A stretch of 64,000 bases of DNA, taken from positions 4,402,001 through 4,466,000 of the forward strand of contig CM030333.1 in the NCBI GenBank assembly GCA_017654855.1. The letters are read 5' to 3'. This document shows positions 48,182 through 58,707 of this stretch, piece by piece. Below the pieces are notes generated by a model. It did not search any database. It saw only the letters and a program-made list of their open reading frames with translations, and had not been told where the DNA came from. Made by a program: the position numbers and the translations under genes. Source of the stretch: Podospora anserina (Eukaryota). Each line of letters opens with the position of its first letter. Positions within the stretch are counted from its first letter, which is position 1.

Positions 48182-51100
48182 ATGGGGGACCATTCCGTGA
48201 GTCCTGAGGAGAGCGCCGAGAACAGCATACGGCCCGTCGATGATGATGTTCAGATTTTCCGGGGTGGTTGTCCCGATACAATTGCTGCCAACTGTGCATT
48301 TTCAGACGACGACGAGGAGGGCTTTTCTTGCGATGAAACGGCGGACGGATCACGGAATCTACCAAAAACACCTGCGGTCGAGCAAAGAGAACAGAAGGAG
48401 ATGGCCGGTTTGAACAAGACACCGGCCTTAACGTCCCAGTTTCAGCCAGCTCGAGCAGACCAGGGGGCCCTTCTCGCCCACGACAGGACGTTGGTGTACA
48501 ATCCTGCCTTGTATCATCATCACCAGCCCGGCCAAGTGCCAGGATACCATGCTCCTATGCCAGGATACTGCCCTCGTATTCCAGGATACCGAGCACCTCT
48601 GCCACAACTGTCTATGCCAGGACACTACGCTCCTATGCCAGGACACTGCCCTCATATCCTAGGATATTGCCCTCGTATGCCAGGATACCGAGCACCTCTG
48701 CCACAAGCACCTATGCCAGGATACCAAGCACCTTCGCCACAAGCACCCATGCCAGGATACTACGCTCCTATGTCAGGATACAGAGCACCTCTGCCAGGAT
48801 ACCAAGCAGCTCAGCCAGAAGACTACCGCGCCGTGCCGGACCGGGTGCTGGGCGAGCAGGCTGGTCTGCCAGGAGGAGATGGCAATCAAATGGATGTCGC
48901 TGCCGGCGCGACTCGGAATAACGGGTCAGATGCGCCGGTTCACGGCTTTTAGCAAATGCCGGGGTATGTTGCTCCTCGCAACCCTCACGGTCAACCGACG
49001 GGTGGGTTTGAGCCCAACTCGTCGTATCCAACCCCGCCGGTTACCGCCGCGGGCTCGCATCGATCCCACAGGTCTGTCGATTCGTTTGGCAGCTGGAGCG
49101 GCGGGCTGTATACAGCAGAGGACCATGAGGAGTTTTGTTCTGATGAGTATTTGACTAGGGAGTTTGAGATGAAGGGGGTGGAGGAAGGGAGCGATTTGTA
49201 TTGGAAAATGCGGAAAGACAGGGCGCAGGAGGCTGTTGATGTCATCTGCCGTTCGATTGAGAGAGGGAACAAGTTGGCGGCTGGGGATCCGACGCGGACG
49301 GCGCAGCCCATGACGACGGAGGGGGGGCTCTCTGGCGAAAGCTCTGTCGAGGGCTCTGTCGGGACTGAGTCTGGAAGGTCGTCGGAGTGTGATGTGAACA
49401 TGAGGGGAGGGGATTTCAAGTATCGCTACAAGGATCTTGTCGGAGACGGGCGGGGTAAGGAGAGGGTATGGAAATGGAGACGTCTTCATGTGGTTGATAC
49501 GGAGGAAGGTGTGGAGGGGCGGACTGGCGGGCGCCTTGATGCAAGCCATGGTGAAGCTTCGGTCTCAAAACGCCTATCAGTCTCGGCGGGGAAGGGGGTT
49601 GTGGAAGAAGAAGGTTTCGAGGTTATTTCTGCCATGGGTTCTGCTGCCACAAACGGGCGAGAGAGCAAAAAGTTTTCTCATCCTCTTTTCTTTGGCAGCA
49701 GTGAAAATTATCAACAGGGGCAGGATATAGACCTGGCCATCACCAGCTCCAATAAAGGCAACAAGAGAAAGCGGTTGAGGAGATTTTTTGCAGGTTTTCT
49801 TCCCCGGTCATCGACGAAATCTTCCTCTGCTGGCGCTCAAGGCAATCGGATATCCGACATGGAGAACAGACCGGATGAATCACGCCGCCGACTGTCATCA
49901 ACATGTCCTCCTATTCCGCCGGCTCGAGGTAGCAGCTCCCGCGCTGAGGGGAGTAAGACAAGTGTTTTGTCTCCTGGGGATAGGAGCCCCGCCGACAATG
50001 AAAACCAGGCACGGTCATCGACTGAAGATGCCTCCCAGACTAGCTCATGGTCTGCAGCTGGTGGCGATTCCGACATTGTCAAAACCAACACGAACACCAG
50101 CGACACCAGTGTGGCGGACACGAGTGATGATGATAATAATACTGCCGAGACCAACCCAGTCACAGCGAGTATGGATGACGACCACATCAATACCACCCTA
50201 GCCCAGACACTAGCTTCCAGCATGACCATTACCAAGGACGAAGCCCCGAGCAGCAACGAAGCCTCGAACAGCAACCAAACAGACACCACTACAGCCGAAC
50301 AAGAACAATCCGAAGAAGTCATCGACTACGCCTCCATGGTAGCCGAAGCAGGTGACTACTTTTTTGACCCGTTCGGCACCGAAAGCAGAGAAAAAGGCAA
50401 GGGAATAGACAGGAGCGTTACTCCCCCTTACCTCTACCACGACATGTACCATCTTTGTCCTCCTCTCGAGATCCCGGAGTGCCCGTACCCGCCACCAGAT
50501 AATGAGGACGGGACGCCGTGGTACGTAAGGTCCGAGAAGGATGAAGAAGAGCGTCGAGAACTTTGGAATAACCGCCCGCAGTGGGCGAGGGATATTGTGG
50601 AGCAGGTTAGAAGGGAGCGGGAGGAGGCGGATAGGTGGAGACACGAGCAGCGGGTTAGGGATAGGTTGCCGCCTTTGGATTTGAGAGGTCCGCCGCCTGT
50701 GCCGGAGAAGAGGAGGCATAGGGTTGGTCAGGGTGCTGCTGCGATGAGTAGTGAGGATTGGGGGTTTGCTGGGAGGGGTGGGGAGGGAGTTGGGACTAGG
50801 GGGATGGGGGTGCCGGATATCTTTGGGGGTGGCGGCGGTGGTGGTAGTGGTAGTGATAGGAGAACCACCACCTTTGTTGGAGGAGCAAGCGGGCGGGATA
50901 ATAGGTCGCTTTCTTATGCGGAGGTTATGATAAATGCCAGGAGAAATGAGGCTGCGCAGGCGGGGGCTGCTGCTGCTGTTGCTGCGATGCAGGGGAGGAA
51001 GAAGAGGAGGTTTTCGTTGACGGCGTTGCCAGAGATTCCGAGGGGGTTTGGAAGGTTGATGGGACGGGTTATTGGGCATAATGGGGGCCATGAGAACAGC

Positions 51101-51256
51101 GAGGTGGTGGAGGAGAAGGAGGAGGAAGAGGGGGTTGTTGAGGAAGAGGGGGTTGTTGAGGAAGAGGAGGATGTGGGACGGGGTGAGAGGGGAGTGAGGG
51201 GGAGTGAGGAGAGTGAGGATGGGATTTTCAGTCGGTCTGTGAGGCCCTGGGTTTAA
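48182..51256 (+). CDS. Orphan low-complexity protein of ~1024 codons interrupted by one in-frame TAG (48950-48952); candidate editing- or readthrough-dependent gene
   Basis: ORFs 47942..48952 and 48956..51256 share a frame and are separated only by TAG-CAA. First ATG with good context is 48182 (ACCCATGG). The MPGY repeat motif occurs on both sides of the stop. Confidence 0.7.
48536..48810 (+). repeat. Coding minisatellite of 21-bp/36-bp units (CCAGGATAC core) encoding (M/V/I/L)PGY(H/C/R/Q/Y)(AP/PR) repeats
   Basis: About 11 imperfect units: VPGYHAP MPGYCPR IPGYRAPLPQLS MPGHYAP MPGHCPH ILGYCPR MPGYRAPLPQAP MPGYQAPSPQAP MPGYYAP MSGYRAP LPGYQAA. Confidence 0.9.
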
Positions 51257-51632
51257 AGGGGGATGCTGGATCGGTTTTTGGATGATGGTTTTTACAAAGG
51301 TGGGGTGTCAGATTGTGAAGGGGATGTTTTGTGATTGGGTGAGTTTTTTATCGTTCTTTTGTTGTGGTTTATGGACGAGTTATGGTTGAATACCTACCAT
51401 GGTTGTGTGGATGGGTAACTCTCAGCGAAGGACACGCTTTGCATGTATTTGAGAAATTGTTAGCCAGAAGGAATACAGCGGAATATAATGTTTAAAACGC
51501 CTCCATGATTACCGGAGTTATGATGCCGATCAGAATCATCGCCTATAATGTGGATATAAAAACACCGCTTTCAACCTAAAAACTATTATACATCATCATC
51601 CAGGGATACTGCAGACTGTGTATAACAATCTC

Positions 51633-54266
51633 TCAAAGCGGCTGCAAATCCTCCCTGCATATGGGACAAACCAGCCGCTTCCTAAACCACTGCTCCAAGC
51701 ACTTTGTGTGAAACATGTGCCGGCAGGGCGTGATCATGTACGACTTCCTCTCCAGCATGTCAGCCATGCTCCACGACGGGTCCGGCTTGCCCGTCATCAC
51801 GACCGGCACCAGCATCTCCTCCCTGCAGATGGCGCAGTCCACATTCCTCAGCGTCATGCCCCTCTGCCTCAGCTCCTTTGCCCTCTCCCTCAGCTGCCCC
51901 CTGTGGTCGTGGCCGTGGCCTTCGGCGGTCGACGACGACGACGACGACGACGAAGCAGACTCGAGAAATTCAAGACCGACGACAACCCCGCTCTCGATGT
52001 CATCCTGCCTCAGGATGCGGTGGTAGTCCCACACTTCTGGCATCCAACCTCTCGGAAACGGGATGCCCAGCCGGGGCTCCCAAAAGTTTTGCAGGATCAG
52101 CGTCAGGAGCTGGGCCCACACCCAGGCGACGAGGATGGAGAAGGTTGTGTAATCGGTCGAGACGAACAAGAAATTTTTGTCGTAGAGGTAAAAGTACGCA
52201 AACGGGGCGAGGCGGCAGAGGGATTGGCCTGTCAGAAAGTTCCAGGAGAAGCTGCGGCGGCTGTTGCGGCGGGCGTTTCGCCAGATTTGGGGGAGCCAGA
52301 GGGAGAAGTAGAGGAAGGAGATGGTGTTGATGTAGATTGAGCGGGCGCGGGGGGGCCAGGAGAGGGAGAGGATTGTTAGGACCATGATGGCGAGGATGAG
52401 GAGGAAGAAGTAGAAGATTACGGGGGCGAATTGGGCTGTTTGGGGGCGGTTGGTTGGTGTGGTTGTCGTTGCTGGGGCTGTGGTGGTGGTGCCTAGGCCT
52501 GGGACGGCGCCTGCGCCGGCTGCGACGTTTTCTGCAATCTCGGCGTCGATGTCTTGGTCTGAAGGGATAATGATCGGGGGAGAGGGTGCCCTGGGAGGTC
52601 CAGCTGTTACTGGCGGGGGCAGAGTGCCTGAGGTCTGTGGGACTGCCGGAGCAGGAGGTGGTGCTGGGGCGGTAGTGGTTGTGTTCGTAGTACCCGTGTT
52701 GGTGGCTGGAGGAGTATCGCGAGCTCTCCTCTCTGGTTCACTGCCACGGATGCTGGCCAAGAGTCCAGCTCCGATAGCCGATGACATGAACGAGACAAAT
52801 GTTAACAGCAAGGCAGAGTGAAACCCGTCAGATGCACTGACAGACCAAGCAGATGAAGCTGAGAAAACCAGGCCATCTGCCAGCAACATCATTGACATGC
52901 TCCAAAAGCTCAACCGATTGAGCGTAGAGGGCGTGGGGGATTCTTTGATCTGCCCTTTCAAGAGTATGACTTGTACTGCGTATACAAACGCGAAAACTAG
53001 CAGCGAGTAGTTCACCCGAGAAAGAAGCACCTCCTCCTTGACACCAACAAGATGCTGGCCATCTGCGGGTGGGAATAAGGGAGGTCCCTTAGACTCGAGA
53101 TAATATGAGCAGTCAGGCGACCAGGCGACGAGGGACATTTGCAGCTCAGGTAGCTTCGTGTTTCGAGCGCCAGTAGGATAGCGAAGCTCCCGCTCCAGAT
53201 CGTCGATAATGGAACGCGACGAATCCATGAATCCCTTGTCATGTGTATAGTGATGGTCCAGGGCATGCAGTTGCAGATACAAAATGTATTCACAACGGGG
53301 TAGTGTGCCACCAAAGTCCCCTTCAATGACCGGATTCCATGGGTTGGATATATCTGGAAGCCTGCTACGTTCTCTCTCTCGCAGCGTTTCATCGACAGTG
53401 TGGTTCAACAGACGTTGACTCGTCTCGAAAAACTTGGCGTGAGGCGTGAGGTGAGGCAAGCCAAAGATGCCCGCGAATTTCTCACTAGTTGTAGTCAGAA
53501 TCATCGACCCTTGCAATGGCCAGTGAACACCGTAAAGTTGCATAACGAAACTGGCAGCAGAGGTCTCTTCATCCTGAAAAGTTGCCACAGCTGAGATCTC
53601 CCTCGCAACACCCGCCGTATGGCTCTCTTTCTCATCTTTTGGAGTCTCCCGATAGCAGCTATCTGGTGTGTCATCCTCCTCAAGGCGTAGGACAACAGTG
53701 CCGTGAGACCCAGTGACATTCCAGCCCCAGTCGACATCGTCCACCATCCAATTGACCCCAGGAGCAACGGCAGTGAGGTTGAAGTTATCTCTGTACTTCG
53801 CAGCCGACCCCTGACGACGGATCCACTTCCCCTGGACAGTGCCCGTCGCATTCTGCCATGTCCTCTTCGCCGAACCATGAGCCCACTCGTCCCCTCCTTC
53901 CTGCGGTGGGTAGGCATGTTTGCTCCACTGACGACACCGATCCTTGAAATAATCAAGATCCTCCCATGCGAGACCGTCACTTTCCCGAAACCCGGTGAGA
54001 TTGAGATACTTGGGCTCTTGCCATGGCGGCGCCCCTTCCTTGTGTGCGTGGGGAGAAAAGTCGCCCCAGTTGGTGCTGTTGAGAATGCCGTGAGCAGCCC
54101 TCTGGCGGCCAAGCCTTTCTGAGGCGGTGAGATATGGTGTTGATATCAGTGCTGGTGCATCGCTCTCAGAGAAGAATGTGAGATAAAAGATGAGCACCAA
54201 GAGGAGCATCTGCCCCCGGTCACTCTGCTGCCGTCGCTGTTGTTCATCCTGTTCTTGTTCAGGCAT
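51633..54266 (-). CDS. tul1: Golgi transmembrane E3 ubiquitin ligase Tul1/Dsc1 (RING-H2), 877 aa
   Basis: LTTTSEKFAGIFGLPHL, CEYILYLQ, multi-TM region with SLWLPQIWRN and GQSLCRLAPFAYF; C-terminal CAICREEM...YMITPCRHMFHTKCLEQW...CPICR. Confidence 0.93.
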   Translation of the reverse strand: MPEQEQDEQQRRQQSDRGQMLLLVLIFYLTFFSESDAPALISTPYLTASERLGRQRAAHGILNSTNWGDFSPHAHKEGAPPWQEPKYLNLTGFRESDGLAWEDLDYFKDRCRQWSKHAYPPQEGGDEWAHGSAKRTWQNATGTVQGKWIRRQGSAAKYRDNFNLTAVAPGVNWMVDDVDWGWNVTGSHGTVVLRLEEDDTPDSCYRETPKDEKESHTAGVAREISAVATFQDEETSAASFVMQLYGVHWPLQGSMILTTTSEKFAGIFGLPHLTPHAKFFETSQRLLNHTVDETLRERERSRLPDISNPWNPVIEGDFGGTLPRCEYILYLQLHALDHHYTHDKGFMDSSRSIIDDLERELRYPTGARNTKLPELQMSLVAWSPDCSYYLESKGPPLFPPADGQHLVGVKEEVLLSRVNYSLLVFAFVYAVQVILLKGQIKESPTPSTLNRLSFWSMSMMLLADGLVFSASSAWSVSASDGFHSALLLTFVSFMSSAIGAGLLASIRGSEPERRARDTPPATNTGTTNTTTTAPAPPPAPAVPQTSGTLPPPVTAGPPRAPSPPIIIPSDQDIDAEIAENVAAGAGAVPGLGTTTTAPATTTTPTNRPQTAQFAPVIFYFFLLILAIMVLTILSLSWPPRARSIYINTISFLYFSLWLPQIWRNARRNSRRSFSWNFLTGQSLCRLAPFAYFYLYDKNFLFVSTDYTTFSILVAWVWAQLLTLILQNFWEPRLGIPFPRGWMPEVWDYHRILRQDDIESGVVVGLEFLESASSSSSSSSTAEGHGHDHRGQLRERAKELRQRGMTLRNVDCAICREEMLVPVVMTGKPDPSWSMADMLERKSYMITPCRHMFHTKCLEQWFRKRLVCPICREDLQPL

Positions 54267-54832
54267 CGTGGCGGAGTCGCAGCTTGCTTGCCAGCCTAGT
54301 TGAAGCTACTATGGTGGTGTAGGAATCATATTTCAATGTCGACGAGCTCCCGGTATGTAAAGCCTGAGATTTGGATGATGCACCTTGAGGCGACGACTTG
54401 TATGGGTCTCGTGATCCTTGCTACTGTTGGGCGATGTCGTAATCAGTATGAGAGGGTAGAGTCACGACGAATGTAGTTCTTATCTGGAAGGAAACAAACA
54501 AAACTCGAATTATCGTGAGCAACTTAAGTCTCGTCATGCAAAGTGATGCTTTAATGGACGATGATGTCTTCGTAATAATATCGTCGGGTGAGGCAGCTGC
54601 TGCAAGGGTACCTTCAAGCTTGGCATCGAACAGCGCGCGGCCCTCTGACTACCACAGTGTCGTTACTGGGCTGTGCACCGTGCTATCAAATAGTGCCCTG
54701 AAAGCCAACCCCCCACCCGTTGAACCAGCTGCTCATGATCAAAAACACATTGACAGCAACCTCTTCCGCACTGTACAATCATCCAGAAACTGCTTCAGTC
54801 TCCGCATACAAAAGTACCGGACAAAAATAAGT

Positions 54833-55182
54833 ATGGCTTCCAAGAACGAATCCAACGCCAACAACACGAGTCCAACAAATGTAAGTTGCCCCCTTCCTGT
54901 GTGCAAAGCTACTAAAGCTAACCATGACCCCTTAGGCCTCTGGCGACAACGCCCATGCTGAGCTCACGGTCCAACTCGAAGACCTTCTGAACACCCTCTC
55001 GAACAAATTTGCTGGCGTTTCTAGTGAAATCTTTGCAAAAAGTAAGTCATCACCCCTGGCGACCACCAACATGTGGCCTGGTCACTCACGGAATAATACT
55101 AGTGGACGAGATGTCGCGTCGCCTGGACAATCTTGAAGCACAGCTAGCAGCCAACAAGGACAAGAAGTCAAGCTCCGGCTGA
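54833..55182 (+). CDS. Heat shock factor binding protein 1 (HSBP1) family, 3 exons
   Basis: MASKNESNANNTSPTN | ASGDNAHAELTVQLEDLLNTLSNKFAGVSSEIFAK | MDEMSRRLDNLEAQLAANKDKKSSSG*; introns 54881-54935 and 55042-55102. Confidence 0.88.
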
Positions 55183-55404
55183 AATCATGCGTGGCCAGAG
55201 CATCTGTAATTACGAGCAGGAGTTCATGGAGTTTTCAGGAGTCGTGTTTTGTTTGTTAAACCTCATGGGATACACTGCCTTTGTTGCTACCCAAAATATT
55301 ATCATACACGTGCCATCTCACTCGCTCCCAACGCCTACGCCTTTTTCAGCCTTAGGAGAACGTTTGCCTTTTATAAATTTCTGTATCACCAGATCCACAC
55401 TTGT

Positions 55405-56561
55405 TTAAAGCTCATCCTTGCCAGTGACCTTCTCGACAAACTTGCGGAGGATGTTGGTCTTGGTGGTAAGCTCATCAAGCTTGGTAGGGGCCAGACCACC
55501 CTTCTTGAGGATACCCTCCAAACGGGCGAGCTCCTTAGCAGCAAAACTGTCGCTCTTGCTAAGCTTGTCAAAGACGCGGATGTAGTACTCGGCGTACTTG
55601 TACTGGGCATCCTCCTTGAGGCTCTCAGCAGCCTTCTTGACCTCGGCAGCGGCATCGGTAAGGGGGGTGCCACCAATGTACTTGGTGACAATCTCATCGA
55701 GAACGGCGAAGGTGCCAGCGGTGGCATCAACACCGCCGCCGGCGGCGCGGTGGGTACCGGCCTGCTCGTTGAGGAAGGCAACAAAGGCCTCCTCAGAACG
55801 GCCACCGTTGTAGTCCTCGGGAGTGGTGCTGCCCTTGGGGAAGAACTTGATGGTGGGATACGAGGTCACACCATAATCGTTGGCGGTGGCCTTGCTGTTC
55901 TCAGCCTCGGCATCAACCTTGGCAATGACGACGTTGGGCTCGTTGGCGAAGGTGGTGGCAAGAGACTCCCAAGTGGGGGCAAGGCTCTTGCAGTCTATGG
56001 AGCTGAGTTAGCATTCTGGTTTTGAGATTTCAATATAGGTGGACACCTACGTCCGCACCAGGGAGCAGTGAAAGCAACAAGAACGTGCTTGTCACCGCCA
56101 ATGGTGTTCTTGAAGGTAGCATCGGTCAGGTAGGTAACACTACTGGGAGGAGCGAGCTTTTTCTTGGACTTGATACCAGTCTTCTCGGTGATGAAGGCGG
56201 TCAGAGCCTCGAGGTCACGTCCACCATTGTACTCTGTTGGCTTGTCACTCTTGCCATCGAACCACTTCAGTGTAGGGAAACCCTGGACACCAAAACGCTT
56301 GCCCAACGACCTTTCGGCATCGGCATCAACCTTGGCAATCTGGACATCCTTGGTGAACTCGAAGGCGTGGGCGAGCTCCTCATAGACAGGAGCAAGGCTC
56401 TTGCAATGGCCACACCATGGGGCGAAGAACTCGACGAGGGTGGGCTTCCCGGACTTGAGGACGACTTCGTCGAAGTTGCTAGGGATAAGGTCGAGGACGG
56501 CAGACTTGGCCGCGACAACAGCCGTGAGGCCGGCGAGCATGAAGCTCTTGAGGAGAACCAT
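55405..56561 (-). CDS. erp38: Protein disulfide isomerase ERp38/TigA, 366 aa, 2 exons
   Basis: Signal peptide, two APWCGHCK thioredoxin sites (the second split by intron 56050-55995), ERp29-like C-terminal domain, KDEL. Confidence 0.95.
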
Positions 56562-57169
56562 GGTGGTGATGTCGTACCACGGCGGTTTGCGGGATGGGTG
56601 TTTTGAAATCGAGCTCGATGCAACAGGGGCCGATGAAAAAGGTAAAGATGGATAAATTCAGAGAGCCGGCTCTATTGAATAGATGCCTCCAGGCAAATGC
56701 AAATCAAGGGATGCTTTGAAATCCCAGAAAAAGATGCCACTTTGCAGAAGAGCTCGCTGACAACTGGCGGCGCAATCCTGGCACATCGGCTGGAAAGCTT
56801 CCCCAGTTTTGCAGCTCCCGCCCCGCCATCTGAAACAGTGCCAGCGACTGCAGCAAGCGCACTGTCCCAACATGCCATCAAATCCCTGTCAAATCTGCAG
56901 ACAGCTGATAAGCGATAAGATACGGGGCTTATCAGCCAGCGGGCGGTGAAGTAAAAAGACCCACAATTCCAGGCCAAGCGCCACAAACGCACAAGCCACC
57001 CACCAGCGAAGCCCTCCCGCACAAGAAAAATCTCGTGTCCATATTGCGGAACTCCCTAGCAACATTTCCGGCCGACCACCGCTCTCCGTCGACGACATCT
57101 TCACGCCAAACCCACCCCTCTCCGAAATTTGCCCTTTTTCGCAAGGAAAAATTCCATCAATCTCTCAAG

Positions 57170-57697
57170 ATGTCTCACGAGTCTGTCTGGAACTCCCGCC
57201 CCCGCACTTACGGCAAGGGCTCTCGCGCTTGGTAAGGAATCACAAAGAAACCCCACAACATCCATCACGAACGATACCGCCGACGAACATGGGTACCAGG
57301 AGGAAGGCATATCGGATGGGGGAAGAGCTAGGGTTCTTGGGCAAGAGGAGGAATGGAAAGAGGAGGGAGGGGGATAAGCCATCACGATTTCACACGAAAG
57401 AGAGAGAGAACCTTGAAGAACAAGTGTGGCTAACGATAGATTTTTCGATATATAGCCGTGTCTGCACCCACCAGGCTGGTCTGATCCGCAAGTACGGCCT
57501 CAACATCTGCCGTCAGTGCTTCCGTGAGAAGGCTGCCGACATTGGTTTCGTCAAGGTACGATAACAACTCCCCCGATTTCGAGATCCGAGCACCACATAC
57601 ACAGAACCCCGAGCGATTCACACATCCACACCCCCGCCGATGCCACTTCAGAACCGAACATACAGAATACTAACATGTGACACAACAGTACCGGTAA
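57170..57697 (+). CDS. rps29: 40S ribosomal protein uS14 (S29), 3 exons
   Basis: [21 protein letters not shown] | [33 protein letters not shown] | YR*; introns 57232-57455 and 57556-57688. Confidence 0.96.
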
Positions 57698-58707
57698 ATC
57701 ACCCACTCTAATGTCGGGAGACATGGAGGGTTTGACAACCACGGGGCTTCCGGGTTTTGTGGTTTGATGACATGACGGGGAGAAGGGGAAAGGGAAACGG
57801 TGACAAAAACGGAATTCTTTGGGGAAACCATGGGCAAAGTGGGGGGGGACGGATACCAACCAGAACACCCTTTTTCGCCGGCTGGGAAATAAGAACAAAA
57901 AAGGGACAAACTTTGTGATTTGACGACCACTTTACGGAAGAAAACGGGCTGAAGGAAACCGACAACTGATATTCCGAAAGATCAACAAGGCGGCCAGCGT
58001 TGGGATTCTTTTCACTCATTATTTGCATGGGATAAGGGGGAAACCAAGGCCAACAAAGTGGGAGTTATCACGGGTTTTACCTTTTTTTTTGTGAAAGCAT
58101 CCTTTTTTGTGCTTTTTCTGAGAAGAGCAACTGAAATGACCCAAGTTGCAAACACACACTCAAGGTGCATTCTTGTTGTTTGCTGTTGTTGTTTTGTTCG
58201 CGCGTGCCCAGCGAATAGATCTCGACATCTGCTTTGATTGATGGGAGAGTGGGCATGGTTTACTCTCAATGGGACATCACATTCGTGGACAATGATCAAA
58301 TTCCAAAAGCGCTTCCACCATCCCATTCCCACTGCGTGTGACATCATCTCATCTCTTGTACAAGTCTTTCTTTACCTTCGTGATTCATCATTCTCTCCCA
58401 TTTCCTTTTGTATGTCTTCTATATTACAGTATTTTAAAACAACAACCGAAGCAGAAGGAGGGGAGATCAGCCGAGCCCCAAGTGTAATAATGCACAAAGA
58501 ACCCCCAGGGCACAGCTTCCAAACTGGCGCTTTCTTTCTAAACACATCATGATGATATACAGTGTACAAAGTTCGTTTTCAACGCCAAAGCGCCCCCATC
58601 CCCCTTATCCACACACGAAACCAAGGGACCCCTTCCATTTTTGTCCCGGCCGTGAGTTGTTGTTCTTTGATTTTTTATTTGATTTCATTATTTAACTCAT
58701 CGAGAGT

